This document shows, one piece after another, positions 10,755-21,262 of a DNA stretch of 59,930 nucleotides. Both the position numbers and the translations under genes were made by a program. Numbering within the stretch: the first letter of the stretch is position 1; each line of letters opens with the position of its first letter. Source of the DNA: Fibrobacterales bacterium (GTDB lineage Bacteria > Fibrobacterota > Fibrobacteria > Fibrobacterales > JAOPTW01). The DNA lies in assembly GCA_051532055.1 (NCBI GenBank), contig JAOPTX010000053.1, forward strand, positions 1 to 59,930, in the 5' to 3' direction. The notes beneath the pieces were generated by a model. It was not told where the DNA came from. It saw only the letters and a program-made list of their open reading frames with translations, and searched no databases.

Positions 10755-10848
10755 CAAATCTATTCGTTACTTTTGTATCGATTAAATATGCCCTTTATGC
10801 GCATTTTTAAAAAGAAGTACTACATTTGATACAGACAAAGGAATCAAA

Positions 10849-11484
10849 ATGAACAGCAAGGCAATACCTTACAATACCATTAGAAGGCTCCCTAAGTATT
10901 TTCATTATATCAGTGAACTGATTAAAAACGGTGAGAACTATGTAACGTCAGACCAGATTGCCCACTATTTTAACATCCACCCGACTCAGGTCAGAAAAGA
11001 TTTGCAAATCGCCGGACTTGTAGGAAAACCCAAAGTCGGGCATGTAACTGTAGATGCAATAGCCACTATTGAAGAATTTCTTGGATGGAACAACCAAACT
11101 GATGCATTCATCGTCGGTGCAGGCAATTTAGGGTCAGCGCTTCTCGGCTACCATGGTTTTGATAAAACTGGTGTAAAAATTGTTGCGGCATTTGACTCTA
11201 ATCCCGACATTGTAGGCACAACTATCAAGGGAGTGAAAATACTACCCATAGATAAATTTACCGATCTCGCTCTAAGAATGCATGTTAAAATTGGAATCCT
11301 GACGTGTTCAGCAGACGCAGCCCAACAGGTTGCAAACACCATGATAGTAAGTGGTATAAAAGCAATTTGGAATTTCACTCCTACAAAGCTCTATGTTCCC
11401 GACGATGTTATATCTGAACACACCGAACTCTACTCAAGCCTTGCGGTACTTTCTAGAAAACTGAGCGAAGAATCTCAATCATAA
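10849..11484 (+). CDS. rex: Redox-sensing transcriptional repressor Rex
   Basis: TIRRLPKY, QVRKDL wHTH, IVGAGNLGSAL Rossmann fold, GIKAIWNFTP. Confidence 0.96.
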   Translation: MNSKAIPYNTIRRLPKYFHYISELIKNGENYVTSDQIAHYFNIHPTQVRKDLQIAGLVGKPKVGHVTVDAIATIEEFLGWNNQTDAFIVGAGNLGSALLGYHGFDKTGVKIVAAFDSNPDIVGTTIKGVKILPIDKFTDLALRMHVKIGILTCSADAAQQVANTMIVSGIKAIWNFTPTKLYVPDDVISEHTELYSSLAVLSRKLSEESQS

Positions 11485-11497
11485 TACCGATGAGTAT

Positions 11498-12397
11498 TTA
11501 ACCCACAATCCTCAAAGTCGCACGTGCAACTTCTGACGACGAAGCATACATCACCCCAAATCGATTCATAAATGTTGAGCGCTGATCATTCAATGGAAGA
11601 ACCTCACCCTTGATATCGGTAACGACTCCACCTGCTTCAACTATAATACATGCCGTTGCTGCAAAGTCCCAAATACTTCCTCCTCCTTCAGCCTCTTTGG
11701 GGAGTTTAATATAACATGCCGAGGAATGCTCCATTACCAGGCATCCATTTACTACAGCACCATACGTATCAATCACCGACCACGCTGTTCTCTCTTCTTC
11801 GCTGCTATATTTCATCAGTTGCTCTTTTATACCAAGGCACCGTGGGTGATTGACAAAACTTCGATCACTGATAAAAGTAAAACTCGGATTCTGTACTCCA
11901 TCATTCTCAACAGCACTTATTACAAAAGGGTTACCATTTTTAAAAGCCCCCTTCCCTGCTATAGCTTCATAGAGTATACTTCGAGCGGGGTCATACACCA
12001 CTCCAATAATAGGCTCACCAATTTTAGACACAAGAGCTATAGAAACTGCATAGCCTGGTATATTTTCTGTAAAAGGGAGCGTTCCATCAAGAGGATCAAC
12101 GCACCAAAAATAGTCCTTTATCAAGCGACTCTCATCATCAGTTGACTCTTCTGCGAGGAGCCCCAGATCATATCTCGAAATTGATTCAGCCAGATACTCA
12201 AGAATAATTTTTTGACACTCATCATCAACTTCAGTAACAATCTGTGATGCCACAGTATCACCACCACTTTTAGTACGCACAACAAATTGCTCATGCACAC
12301 GTTTCTTTATTATAGCTCCAGCAGCTTTTGCCGCAGTAACGGCATCACCCTGTAGCCCTTCTAATTGTACGGTGGTTAATTGCATATTCAAACTCAC
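11498..12397 (-). CDS. Inositol monophosphatase/CysQ family phosphatase
   Basis: [14 protein letters not shown] and WDFAA motifs; GTG start overlaps the upstream stop (alternative ATG at 12385). Confidence 0.88.
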   Translation of the reverse strand: MSLNMQLTTVQLEGLQGDAVTAAKAAGAIIKKRVHEQFVVRTKSGGDTVASQIVTEVDDECQKIILEYLAESISRYDLGLLAEESTDDESRLIKDYFWCVDPLDGTLPFTENIPGYAVSIALVSKIGEPIIGVVYDPARSILYEAIAGKGAFKNGNPFVISAVENDGVQNPSFTFISDRSFVNHPRCLGIKEQLMKYSSEEERTAWSVIDTYGAVVNGCLVMEHSSACYIKLPKEAEGGGSIWDFAATACIIVEAGGVVTDIKGEVLPLNDQRSTFMNRFGVMYASSSEVARATLRIVG

Positions 12398-13374
12398 TTT
12401 TTTAGTATACTGACTACATGCTGTGCTATTCGCTCTGAGTAACTATTTATTTTCCAGTGCCCTGGGCTCCACCCTTTAAGAAATCGATGAAAATCTGCCC
12501 AGGCAAAGGGATAGAGTGAGCGCCACTCAGATTCGATTGGTGTAATATCTATTTCAGACCTCAACTGCCCCATATACTCTTTTAATCGACCAAAATAAAA
12601 ATCTAATATTCTTGTTTCATATTGCTCACATTCATCTTCTGAGAGACAACTTCCTACAAAGTAGGCTACATCCTTCATGCCACATCCACCACCAACATAC
12701 TGAAAATCAACCGCAGCAACACTACCACCATCTGTGGCGAAACAGAAATTTGCAATTTTAGCATCACCATGAATGAGCGTTTTAAATTGAGCTGTTGAAA
12801 GTTTCTCATCTATAACGTGAGCATAGGTTTTTAATGGTTCGGCATCAGATAAAGCATCAAGCTCATCTGGACGGGTACCTAAATGCCAATAAGATCCGAC
12901 TTCCCACAACCCTTCAGTAGAGCGCCCCATTTGTGACGCATGAAAACCAGCCAACCAATCAAGACAGAGTTCTACATCCTGCCATTGCGCCGAAGACTTG
13001 CGTACCGGATACCCACTCTCATCTAAATCTTCAAGAACCATTATAACGTCATCATCAATAGTATGTAATGCAATACACTGAGGAATTTTACTTACAGAAG
13101 GAGTCAAATGCCCTACTGAACGATACCAGTGTGTCTCTACTTCGTAGGAATACAACTTCCTCATATGCGATATATCAGTAGCCCAACCTCGAGGGTGTTG
13201 TACTTTTCGAGGAAGTCGCACATGCTTTACCACTACTGAATCACACCGTGCCCCTGTAAGTGAATAACGAACGATTGAGCCATATCCACTCCAAAGAGCT
13301 TGTATTTCTTCACTAAAGACCGCCTCACTAGCACCCGTTGACTCTAAAATTATATCAATTACCTTTTGATCCAT
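12394..13374 (-). CDS. APH/choline/ecdysteroid-kinase-like phosphotransferase
   Basis: [18 protein letters not shown] and AVDFQYVG motifs. Confidence 0.85.
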   Translation of the reverse strand: MDQKVIDIILESTGASEAVFSEEIQALWSGYGSIVRYSLTGARCDSVVVKHVRLPRKVQHPRGWATDISHMRKLYSYEVETHWYRSVGHLTPSVSKIPQCIALHTIDDDVIMVLEDLDESGYPVRKSSAQWQDVELCLDWLAGFHASQMGRSTEGLWEVGSYWHLGTRPDELDALSDAEPLKTYAHVIDEKLSTAQFKTLIHGDAKIANFCFATDGGSVAAVDFQYVGGGCGMKDVAYFVGSCLSEDECEQYETRILDFYFGRLKEYMGQLRSEIDITPIESEWRSLYPFAWADFHRFLKGWSPGHWKINSYSERIAQHVVSILKK

Positions 13375-13456
13375 GGTCCACCCTCATTTTTCAGTACCAC
13401 AAATATAATAGAAATCGAAGTCCTCAGCACAGACCCACAGTACTTATCACATTCAC

Positions 13457-14296
13457 TTAAAAAAAGAGTGTATAGCTTATTCCCGCAAGTAAAAAAGCAC
13501 CACTTATGGAATATGCCACATTGCGATTCAGCTCATTCACCTTAACATTTCTCCATTGAGTATTGTACACCTCTTGATCATCACTTTCAATGGTTGAATA
13601 TTTCGTGTATGCACTATTTACTTCCATCTCATAATATGTACCCACTCCAAATGCAAGTGCGCCGACAAGATAGAGACCAATAGTTAATCCGGAACTCTTA
13701 TCACTCTCTCCGATGCGCGTTATCGTAAGAGGTCGTACCCTTGAATTATTTGGTAACCTCCCAGAAAAAGAGTGTTGTAATTCAAGGGGAGTTGTTGCAA
13801 TTGAATATTGAGCAACAAGCGTCACCCCTTTTTTTATTGCGGTTATTAATGCGTTCCGCCTATAATTTGAAAAGTCAAATGAAAAAGCTTTTTCTATATA
13901 ACCCGTATTAATCTCAATAATTTCTATTTGAAAGGTCGAAAACCCAGTATAGGTGTATAGTGAACCAACAATAATTTTCTCTACCCCAAGGACCGCACCA
14001 ATGGTGATCTGGCACTGAATAGCCTTGCATTTTAACAAATGTCGATTTTGAGGCTCATTTAATACATCTTTCAAAATCCCTCGTTCAAAGAGAGTATACA
14101 CCATCTTTTTTTTGAGTTCGACTTCGAAGATATTTGCTATTTCTTTGCGAGAAAAAACCGATTCACTTTCTGTTTCAAAAAAGTCGAGCACCGCTAATCG
14201 ATACCCTCCAGAAGCAACAAGAGGGCACGATAAAAGCACTACAAGGCAACAGCACCATTTATACAATGTATTCCATCGGTACATACTACATATCAT
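13457..14296 (-). CDS. Exported/membrane protein with CsgG/TolB-N-like N-terminal domain
   Basis: Signal-like segment, then LAVLDF...ER...C...C...IGAVLGVEKIIVGSL; C-terminal hydrophobic segments; start uncertain (ORF extends to 14392). Confidence 0.55.
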   Translation of the reverse strand: MICSMYRWNTLYKWCCCLVVLLSCPLVASGGYRLAVLDFFETESESVFSRKEIANIFEVELKKKMVYTLFERGILKDVLNEPQNRHLLKCKAIQCQITIGAVLGVEKIIVGSLYTYTGFSTFQIEIIEINTGYIEKAFSFDFSNYRRNALITAIKKGVTLVAQYSIATTPLELQHSFSGRLPNNSRVRPLTITRIGESDKSSGLTIGLYLVGALAFGVGTYYEMEVNSAYTKYSTIESDDQEVYNTQWRNVKVNELNRNVAYSISGAFLLAGISYTLFF

Positions 14297-14681
14297 TTGT
14301 TTTACGCCTGTCTCACACCATAGTGAGCGCGCTCCTTTTATTATACCAAATCGACATCCATTTACAATCGTTAAAGAGTAACGCCAAACCAACGCTTACC
14401 TCACTTATAAAATGAAACAACCTATTGATTACCATCTCCCCCCATGTTCACGGGTATTATTGGTAAATACAAGGGATACATAGGTTAGTGTACAAATCCA
14501 CTCCAACAGGAATAAACATTGTTTTTTGCTGTAAATCCGCAGATTTATAGGGTAAATAAAACACTAACTACTGTGAATTAATGCAAGATAACGTTGTAAA
14601 ATAGCGTTTACTTTGTTTTAAAAAAAAGAGGTTATTCTATATTTTTGATACACATACATTAGAAAGAAATAATTACCACAC

Positions 14682-15179
14682 ATGCCATACAAACTCATCA
14701 TACTCATTTTGACTCTCGCTACTGTTAGCTTTGCACAGTTGAAGCAACAGCTATGGTTAACCATTGAGAAAAAAAATGATACTGTTACTGTACTAAAACA
14801 AAAAATTGTATCGGGATCCTTTAAGAAAAGTAGAAAGCGAGCTCATGCTCAAAAATTAAACCGGACATATCAATCATCAAAAATTTCAGACTTTTTCTAT
14901 CGGGTATTCGACGAAGAAGGCAGACTCCTTGATGTTATTTATCTTCCCGCTCTCCCTCATGATCATGCTTCTCCTGATTCAGACATTGAGACACCATCAC
15001 ATACGACAGAGCCAACAATCTATACCATTCGTATCGATATTGAGAACGCCCCTTCACACATTACCTTTTCAAAGGTTGAAGAAGGGAGCGCACCTACAGG
15101 AACCGGGCTTGCAAAACGTTCTGCAAGCACTTCATCAGAAATTGAGCTTGGATCATTTACATTAGAGACTGTTCAATGA
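14682..15179 (+). CDS. Hypothetical secreted protein coupled to the M64 peptidase
   Basis: Signal peptide; ATGA overlap with the next gene. Confidence 0.7.
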   Translation: MPYKLIILILTLATVSFAQLKQQLWLTIEKKNDTVTVLKQKIVSGSFKKSRKRAHAQKLNRTYQSSKISDFFYRVFDEEGRLLDVIYLPALPHDHASPDSDIETPSHTTEPTIYTIRIDIENAPSHITFSKVEEGSAPTGTGLAKRSASTSSEIELGSFTLETVQ

Positions 15180-17185
15180 AAATGATAACTCTCATTCTAA
15201 CGCTATTATTGTGTAACACTCTCTTTGCAGTCGAACTCATTGAACACTCTATTCAGGGTAACAAGGAACGACGCATCAACTTGGTGTTCTTTGCAGAAGG
15301 CTATACCGAAGGTGAGCAGGCGCTGTTTAAAGAAGACATGGACCGTTTTGTCGATGCAATCTTTCAGTTTGAGCCCCTCTCATTTTATGAGAATTTTTTC
15401 AATGTCTATGGCGTCTGGGCTGAATCTGATCAAAAAGGTCTTGGTGGATTCTTTGGCTCTAAAAAATGGCCCGATGTTGAGCGTCTAATTGTTGCCAATA
15501 ACCAAACGGTCTCCCAGCAAATTGAAACCCTCATACCTGAAACTGATATCCCTGTTGTCATTATAAATACAAAGGTCTACGGAGGGTCGGGTGGACAAAT
15601 TGCTGTTGCCTCCTCAAAACACCCTGAAATTGTTGCTCATGAAATTGGACACTCATTTGTAGGGCTCGGTGATGAATATGACTATGAGACAACAGGTCAA
15701 AAACCTCTCGAGATGCCCAATATTACTCAGAACCGAAATAGAGAAACTATTAAATGGAAACACTGGATTGATGACCTGACTCCTTTGCCAACACACAATA
15801 GCGAAAGTCACAACGATTCTGTAGGGCTCTTTGAAGGAGCCATGTTTAAGAAACAAGGATGGTTTCGACCAATGAGCAGCTGCCAGATGCGCTCCAACGG
15901 TGTGCCACTCTGTAAAGTTTGTGCAGAACAATACATTCTCACTTTTTACGACCATGTTTCTCCTATTGACACCCTTTTAACAAGTAACAAAACATTACTT
16001 GAAGTCGGTTCAAATGATAAAATCACCTTAGGTGTTAAACCTATGGAGCTCACCGGTGGGAAATCCATGAAAATCGAATGGTTCCACAATAACAAACTCA
16101 AGCCAATAACCGACCCATCGATATCTACCTATCTTTCAGCGGGCTCTCATGTTATTAAAGTTCGCGTTACCGATACCACTTCATTTGTACAAAAAGACAC
16201 CCTTGGCCTTCGCTCAGACTCAGCAACCTGGGTTGTCTATGTTAATGGCGCAGCTCCAGAAGAGTGTGAAATTGTTGATAGTACTAATATCCTAGAAAAC
16301 TCTTCATTCTGTGATGGGTTAACTCATTGGAAATCTGACAATAAATACAAAGGCAACGTAATCGATGGCCAGTTTTACATTACTACAAAAGAAGCGGGAG
16401 CCGTTCATGATGCGAACTTAAACTATACGCTCCCCCTCGATTCAGTCAAAGCTTTTACAGTGTCCTTTCGAGCAAAAGCATCTTCTGAAGAACCAATACT
16501 TGTTGGTCTGGGACTCAACGAAGCCCCATGGGATAACTTTTCAAAGAAAGTCACCCTCACAACTGACTGGACAGAATATTCTATTAATCTTGCTGCGCCC
16601 GTTTCTCACAGCAATAGTCGTCTCTTCTTTGACATGGGGCACACTGCTGGCACCGTATTTATAGATAACATCTCACTTACCGTTAACAACGCTCTCAATG
16701 GCCCTGAACTTATTGCCAGTGCCACTAAACTTGATGAGACTTTTGTTGGAGCCGCAACCCCCTTTCAATCTCCTTCGGACAAATCTGAAGTATCTCCTTC
16801 TATTACTACTCATGAAGAGCCAAGGACTGAGCAGTTCTTTTCAAATAAGGTTGAATCAGAACCAACACATGATGATGCAGAAGATGAGGAAGATGATGAG
16901 GAAGAAAAAGAAATTGAAGAGGATGATACCATTGAAGAGCATGAACCTTTACTCTCTCCATTAGCTCAATCACAGATGCCAACACTTTCGTTGAGCCCAC
17001 TCGGACTTACTGTGATTAAAGGCCACGAGACGTCACTCATCTCATTTTTGAACATTAATGGGGCTACCCGTCATTCTATTAAGCTATCAAGAGTTCGCAC
17101 ACTGATCGATATTAATCAACTCCCTATCCCTTCTGGACATTACTTAGTGAGACATGGTTCCCACACTATTTCAATAAAGAAATAA
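15176..17185 (+). CDS. M64-family metallopeptidase with CBM4/9-like domain, acidic linker and C-terminal sorting-like domain
   Basis: INLVFFAEGYT, YGGSG, AHEIGHSFVGLGDEY, CQMRS...LCKVC; NILENSSF...IDNISL CBM. Confidence 0.85.
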   Translation: MKMITLILTLLLCNTLFAVELIEHSIQGNKERRINLVFFAEGYTEGEQALFKEDMDRFVDAIFQFEPLSFYENFFNVYGVWAESDQKGLGGFFGSKKWPDVERLIVANNQTVSQQIETLIPETDIPVVIINTKVYGGSGGQIAVASSKHPEIVAHEIGHSFVGLGDEYDYETTGQKPLEMPNITQNRNRETIKWKHWIDDLTPLPTHNSESHNDSVGLFEGAMFKKQGWFRPMSSCQMRSNGVPLCKVCAEQYILTFYDHVSPIDTLLTSNKTLLEVGSNDKITLGVKPMELTGGKSMKIEWFHNNKLKPITDPSISTYLSAGSHVIKVRVTDTTSFVQKDTLGLRSDSATWVVYVNGAAPEECEIVDSTNILENSSFCDGLTHWKSDNKYKGNVIDGQFYITTKEAGAVHDANLNYTLPLDSVKAFTVSFRAKASSEEPILVGLGLNEAPWDNFSKKVTLTTDWTEYSINLAAPVSHSNSRLFFDMGHTAGTVFIDNISLTVNNALNGPELIASATKLDETFVGAATPFQSPSDKSEVSPSITTHEEPRTEQFFSNKVESEPTHDDAEDEEDDEEEKEIEEDDTIEEHEPLLSPLAQSQMPTLSLSPLGLTVIKGHETSLISFLNINGATRHSIKLSRVRTLIDINQLPIPSGHYLVRHGSHTISIKK

Positions 17186-17228
17186 CGGGCTCTATCCATT
17201 AAATATTAAACGATTATTATAGATTCCA

Positions 17229-17264
17229 TAAAAAAAGCCTCTACATATGTAGAGGCTTTTTTTA
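17229..17264. terminator. Bidirectional rho-independent terminator
   Basis: Perfect palindrome A7-GCCTCTACA-TA-TGTAGAGGC-T7 between convergent genes. Confidence 0.9.
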
Positions 17265-17281
17265 TTCATAATTTGATGTAA

Positions 17282-17893
17282 TTACACTATAGCAAGAAGC
17301 TCTACATCAAAACATAATGTCTCATTAGGACCGATCGCTTGACCAGCACCTTGAGCACCATAGGCAATTTCAGAAGGAATAGTCAAACGGTATTTTGACC
17401 CAACACTCATAAGTTGTAGTGCTTCAGTCCACCCTTTAATCACTCCTCCGACGGGGAATTGTGCTGGCTCTCCGCGCTTGTAAGAACTATCAAACTCTGC
17501 ACCATCAATGGTAGTACCTGCATAATGCACACGTACTGTTGATTCAGGAGTAGGTTTTTCGCCTTCACCTTCTTCAAGTACTTCATATTGTAAGCCACTT
17601 TCAGTAACAACAACGCCATCTTTCGCTTTATTTTCTTCGAGGAATGATACACCTTTTTCAAGGTTTACATCTGAAGATTCATTAAGAGCCTCAGCTTGTT
17701 TTTCTTGTATTTTTTTACCAAAAGACTCAAGATGAGTATTAATTTCTTCAGGAGATAATTTTGATTCACCACCACCCATAACATCAGTGATTGCTTGAAC
17801 GAGAGTTGGAATATCAAGCTCTAGTTTTGTTTGTACAAGAGACTCTGCAACATTGGTCCCTACTGCATAACTTTCATTTTCTAATTGTGTCAT
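17282..17893 (-). CDS. FKBP-type peptidyl-prolyl isomerase (FklB/FkpA family)
   Basis: SYAVG, TESGLQY, VHYAG, EFDSSY, VIKGWTEALQLM; start set at MTQLE (17893). Confidence 0.93.
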   Translation of the reverse strand: MTQLENESYAVGTNVAESLVQTKLELDIPTLVQAITDVMGGGESKLSPEEINTHLESFGKKIQEKQAEALNESSDVNLEKGVSFLEENKAKDGVVVTESGLQYEVLEEGEGEKPTPESTVRVHYAGTTIDGAEFDSSYKRGEPAQFPVGGVIKGWTEALQLMSVGSKYRLTIPSEIAYGAQGAGQAIGPNETLCFDVELLAIV

Positions 17894-18010
17894 AATACAT
17901 CCTACTATGTTTATTTTGGGTGAAAAAATAGAAAATATAACGATACACAATAGGTAGGTAGAGAAATAGTACAGCTTTAATGTAAATTTATTAGTTCAAT
18001 AGGATACCCC

Positions 18011-18370
18011 ATGGCAAACCATTTATACCAAACTATAGAGAAGAGCACCACCCTGACCCTTTTTCAAAAAAGGGTTTTTATTGCCCTTTTAGAGATCCCT
18101 AGAGGGAATGTCGTCACATACAAAGAGCTTTCAGCCCATATATCCTGTCGAAGTGCCCAAGCCATTGGGCAAGCATTGAAGTGTAATCCTTATTCGCCAG
18201 AGGTCCCCTGTCATCGTGTTATAAAAAGTGACCTCTCTTTGGGTGGATTTATGGGAGGAATTGAGAGCAAAAACATCCGAAAAAAGCGTGAGCTCCTCAT
18301 GAGTGAAGGAATAGAAATTGACGAAATAAACAAGATTAACCCACATTTTATCTATTTATTCCCCAAATAA
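18011..18370 (+). CDS. Methylated-DNA-protein-cysteine methyltransferase (MGMT family, single domain)
   Basis: IPRGNVVTY and PCHRV active site. Confidence 0.9.
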   Translation: MANHLYQTIEKSTTLTLFQKRVFIALLEIPRGNVVTYKELSAHISCRSAQAIGQALKCNPYSPEVPCHRVIKSDLSLGGFMGGIESKNIRKKRELLMSEGIEIDEINKINPHFIYLFPK

Positions 18371-18430
18371 TTGACTCAATAGGGTAACTATGATACACTC
18401 AAGGTATCGCTCCTTTCAAAAGGTACCTTT

Positions 18431-20062
18431 GTGTCTATACAACTACTCATTCTTGAGGATAACCCTGTAGACTTATCTCTTCTTCGAGGGCTCGTACACA
18501 ACATAACCTCCCTTGATTGTACTATTGAAACTGCAAAAACACTCCAAGAAGCACTCACGCACATTACTGAAACAACATTTGATATTATCCTCAGTGATTT
18601 AAATCTGCCTGACAGCAAAGGTCTCGACACTCTCAATAAGCTCACTACCAATACTGATGACACCCCTATCATTGTTATTACGGGAGAATTTGGAGGCGAC
18701 ATTGGAATAAAAGCAGTGTCTGCAGGTGCTCAGGATTACCTCTCTAAAGGCAAATTCGATGTGACCCTCCTCGAAAAATCTATTACCTATGCCATTGAAC
18801 GTAAGCAAGTGTCATTACAATACAACAAAAGTGAAGAACATCATAAAAAGCTCATTGACTCCCTCCCCATTGGGATAATGAACCTCGACAATAATGGCCA
18901 CATTCTTTTTGCCAACCCGCAAATGTTTACCATTTTGAAAACACCCCCTCCTCAAATGGTTGGGAAAAGCATTTTTGATTTCATGCCGAGTGATTTTGAA
19001 AAAAAGATGCTTCAGAAACAATTTGATATTATGCAAAATTCTAAAAACCCGAGTTATAACTATTCAGGGAAACGAATCACTAAAGAGAAAAAAGAGATTT
19101 CCGTTAATTGCTCCATTACAGGGTACGAATTTAAAGAAAGTGGTATACGCCATTTTACCGTATTAACTGAAGACGTAACCCACAAGCAAAAGTCAGAAGA
19201 CGAGAAGAAACGTCTTGAATCTCAACTCCTCCAATCTCAAAAAATGGAATCAATTGGAACTCTTGCTGCAGGAGTTGCTCACGAAATCAATACTCCTATT
19301 CAGTTTATCGGTGACAATACTCTTTTTATAAAAGACTCAATTTACAATGTTTTTTTACTCCTGAGAGAATATGAAAATACTGTAAAAGAGATAGTCCAAC
19401 TCTTTCCCGATCATGAATCAATTACCAAGCTTGAAGAACACCTTGAACAGACTGCTGAAGAGATTGACATTGATTTTTTAAAAAATGAAATGCCCACAGC
19501 CCTTACTCAATCGATGGAAGGAGTCTCACGCGTGACAAACATTGTAAAAGCAATGAAAGATTTCTCTCATAGTGGTTCTGAAAATATGGCTCTTGAAAGC
19601 GTCAATTCCGCTATAGAATCAACTATTGTTATTGCAAAGAATGAATGGAAATATTGTGCCGATTTGGAGACCACATTATCTGATTCACTCCCACTTGTGA
19701 AGTGTTACATCGGAGAAATAAAACAGGTCATTTTAAATCTCATAATCAATGCCTCTCATGCAATTATTGAGCGCTTTAAAGGGACTCATGAAAAAGGGTT
19801 TATTACTGTATCGACATCAGCTACAGAAACCCATATTGTTATTGTTATCACTGATAATGGATCAGGGATCCCAGAAGAAATTCAGGACAAAGTATTTGAT
19901 CACTTTTTTACGACTAAAGAGGTAGGGGTTGGCACCGGCCAAGGCCTCTCAATGGCCTACCAAACTATAACGGCAAAACACAAAGGCTCCATAGGCCTCA
20001 AATCTATTCCAGGTGAAGGTACAACATTTACTATCAAACTTCCCCTTGAGCAGAAGGATTGA
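18431..20062 (+). CDS. Hybrid sensor histidine kinase (REC-PAS-HisKA-HATPase), cytoplasmic
   Basis: ILEDN/DLNLPD receiver, PAS, AGVAHEINTP, FFTTKEVGVGTGQGL. Confidence 0.92.
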   Translation: MSIQLLILEDNPVDLSLLRGLVHNITSLDCTIETAKTLQEALTHITETTFDIILSDLNLPDSKGLDTLNKLTTNTDDTPIIVITGEFGGDIGIKAVSAGAQDYLSKGKFDVTLLEKSITYAIERKQVSLQYNKSEEHHKKLIDSLPIGIMNLDNNGHILFANPQMFTILKTPPPQMVGKSIFDFMPSDFEKKMLQKQFDIMQNSKNPSYNYSGKRITKEKKEISVNCSITGYEFKESGIRHFTVLTEDVTHKQKSEDEKKRLESQLLQSQKMESIGTLAAGVAHEINTPIQFIGDNTLFIKDSIYNVFLLLREYENTVKEIVQLFPDHESITKLEEHLEQTAEEIDIDFLKNEMPTALTQSMEGVSRVTNIVKAMKDFSHSGSENMALESVNSAIESTIVIAKNEWKYCADLETTLSDSLPLVKCYIGEIKQVILNLIINASHAIIERFKGTHEKGFITVSTSATETHIVIVITDNGSGIPEEIQDKVFDHFFTTKEVGVGTGQGLSMAYQTITAKHKGSIGLKSIPGEGTTFTIKLPLEQKD

Positions 20063-21261
20063 TCATGCCAGATAAACCGCGTATCATATTTGTTGATGAT
20101 GAAAAAAATATTATAGATGGCATGAAACGCATGCTCTACCCCATGAGAAAAGAGTGGGAGATGATTTTCACAACCAGTGGCCAAAAAGCCCTGGACTATA
20201 TGGCTGAACATCCGGTCAATGTGATAATTTCAGACATGCGAATGCCAGAGATGGATGGTTCTGAATTACTCAATACTGTTAAAGAACGACACCCTCAAAC
20301 TGCCCGCTATATTCTTTCTGGTTATAGTGATAAAGAGATGATTCTTAAAACTATTGACTCCGCAGACCAGTTTTTATCAAAGCCCTGTAATCCCAACTTG
20401 ATTAAACGTGTTATTAGAAAGGTTCTCGATAACGAGCACACAAAAAACAAACAACGCGCTATTGAGTATATTTCACAAATAGAAAAACTCCCCACTCTTC
20501 CGACGGTTTACGCACAACTTTCTAGAATCATGGAAGACCCTGAATGCTCAGCAAAAGTAATTGCTTCTGTAATACAACAAGACGTTGCTATCAGTGCCAA
20601 AATAATGCAACTCGTCAACTCCACCTTTTTCGGATTACAAAATGAAGTCAATGACCTCACACAGGCAGTTACCTATCTTGGGTTTGATGTCGTAAAAGCA
20701 GTTATAGTTTCGGTTGGCACCTTTAATCAATATACAGAAGAGGAAATGAAAACCTTTAATGTAGATATGCTCTACAAGCATGCTACTCGATGTAGCTGTC
20801 TATGCAAAGAGATTCTTGCCACACAAACTGACGATACAGATCTTTTAGAAAATGCCCTTATCACCGGACTCCTCCATGACATTGGTATATTAGTATTAGT
20901 TAAAAATGAACCACAAAAATACGCAACAGTATTTGAAGCGTCAGGCTCAAAAATGGACACCCTTATCCAAAGTGAAAAAATGATTATGGGTATAACCCAT
21001 GCAGAGGTTGGTGGTGTATTACTCGAGCAGTGGGGTTTTAGTGAACCCATTGTTAATGCCGTTTATTACCATCACAACCCCCAAGATGCACCAGAAGTAT
21101 CCTTCGGATTAACCCATGCAATGTATATCAGTGATGTATTAGAACGGAATTGTGACCTAGATCCTGATTCGCCAATACAATTAAACCTAAATCACCTAGA
21201 AGAGATGGGACTTACTGAGTCTATCCCTGAATGGCAAAAAAAAGTGAAGGAGTGTATCTAG
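20059..21261 (+). CDS. Response regulator with HDOD domain
   Basis: FVDDE, SDMRMP; LPTLP, QLVNSTFFG, GLLHDIG, THAEVG. Confidence 0.9.
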   Translation: MIMPDKPRIIFVDDEKNIIDGMKRMLYPMRKEWEMIFTTSGQKALDYMAEHPVNVIISDMRMPEMDGSELLNTVKERHPQTARYILSGYSDKEMILKTIDSADQFLSKPCNPNLIKRVIRKVLDNEHTKNKQRAIEYISQIEKLPTLPTVYAQLSRIMEDPECSAKVIASVIQQDVAISAKIMQLVNSTFFGLQNEVNDLTQAVTYLGFDVVKAVIVSVGTFNQYTEEEMKTFNVDMLYKHATRCSCLCKEILATQTDDTDLLENALITGLLHDIGILVLVKNEPQKYATVFEASGSKMDTLIQSEKMIMGITHAEVGGVLLEQWGFSEPIVNAVYYHHNPQDAPEVSFGLTHAMYISDVLERNCDLDPDSPIQLNLNHLEEMGLTESIPEWQKKVKECI

Positions 21262-21262
21262 T

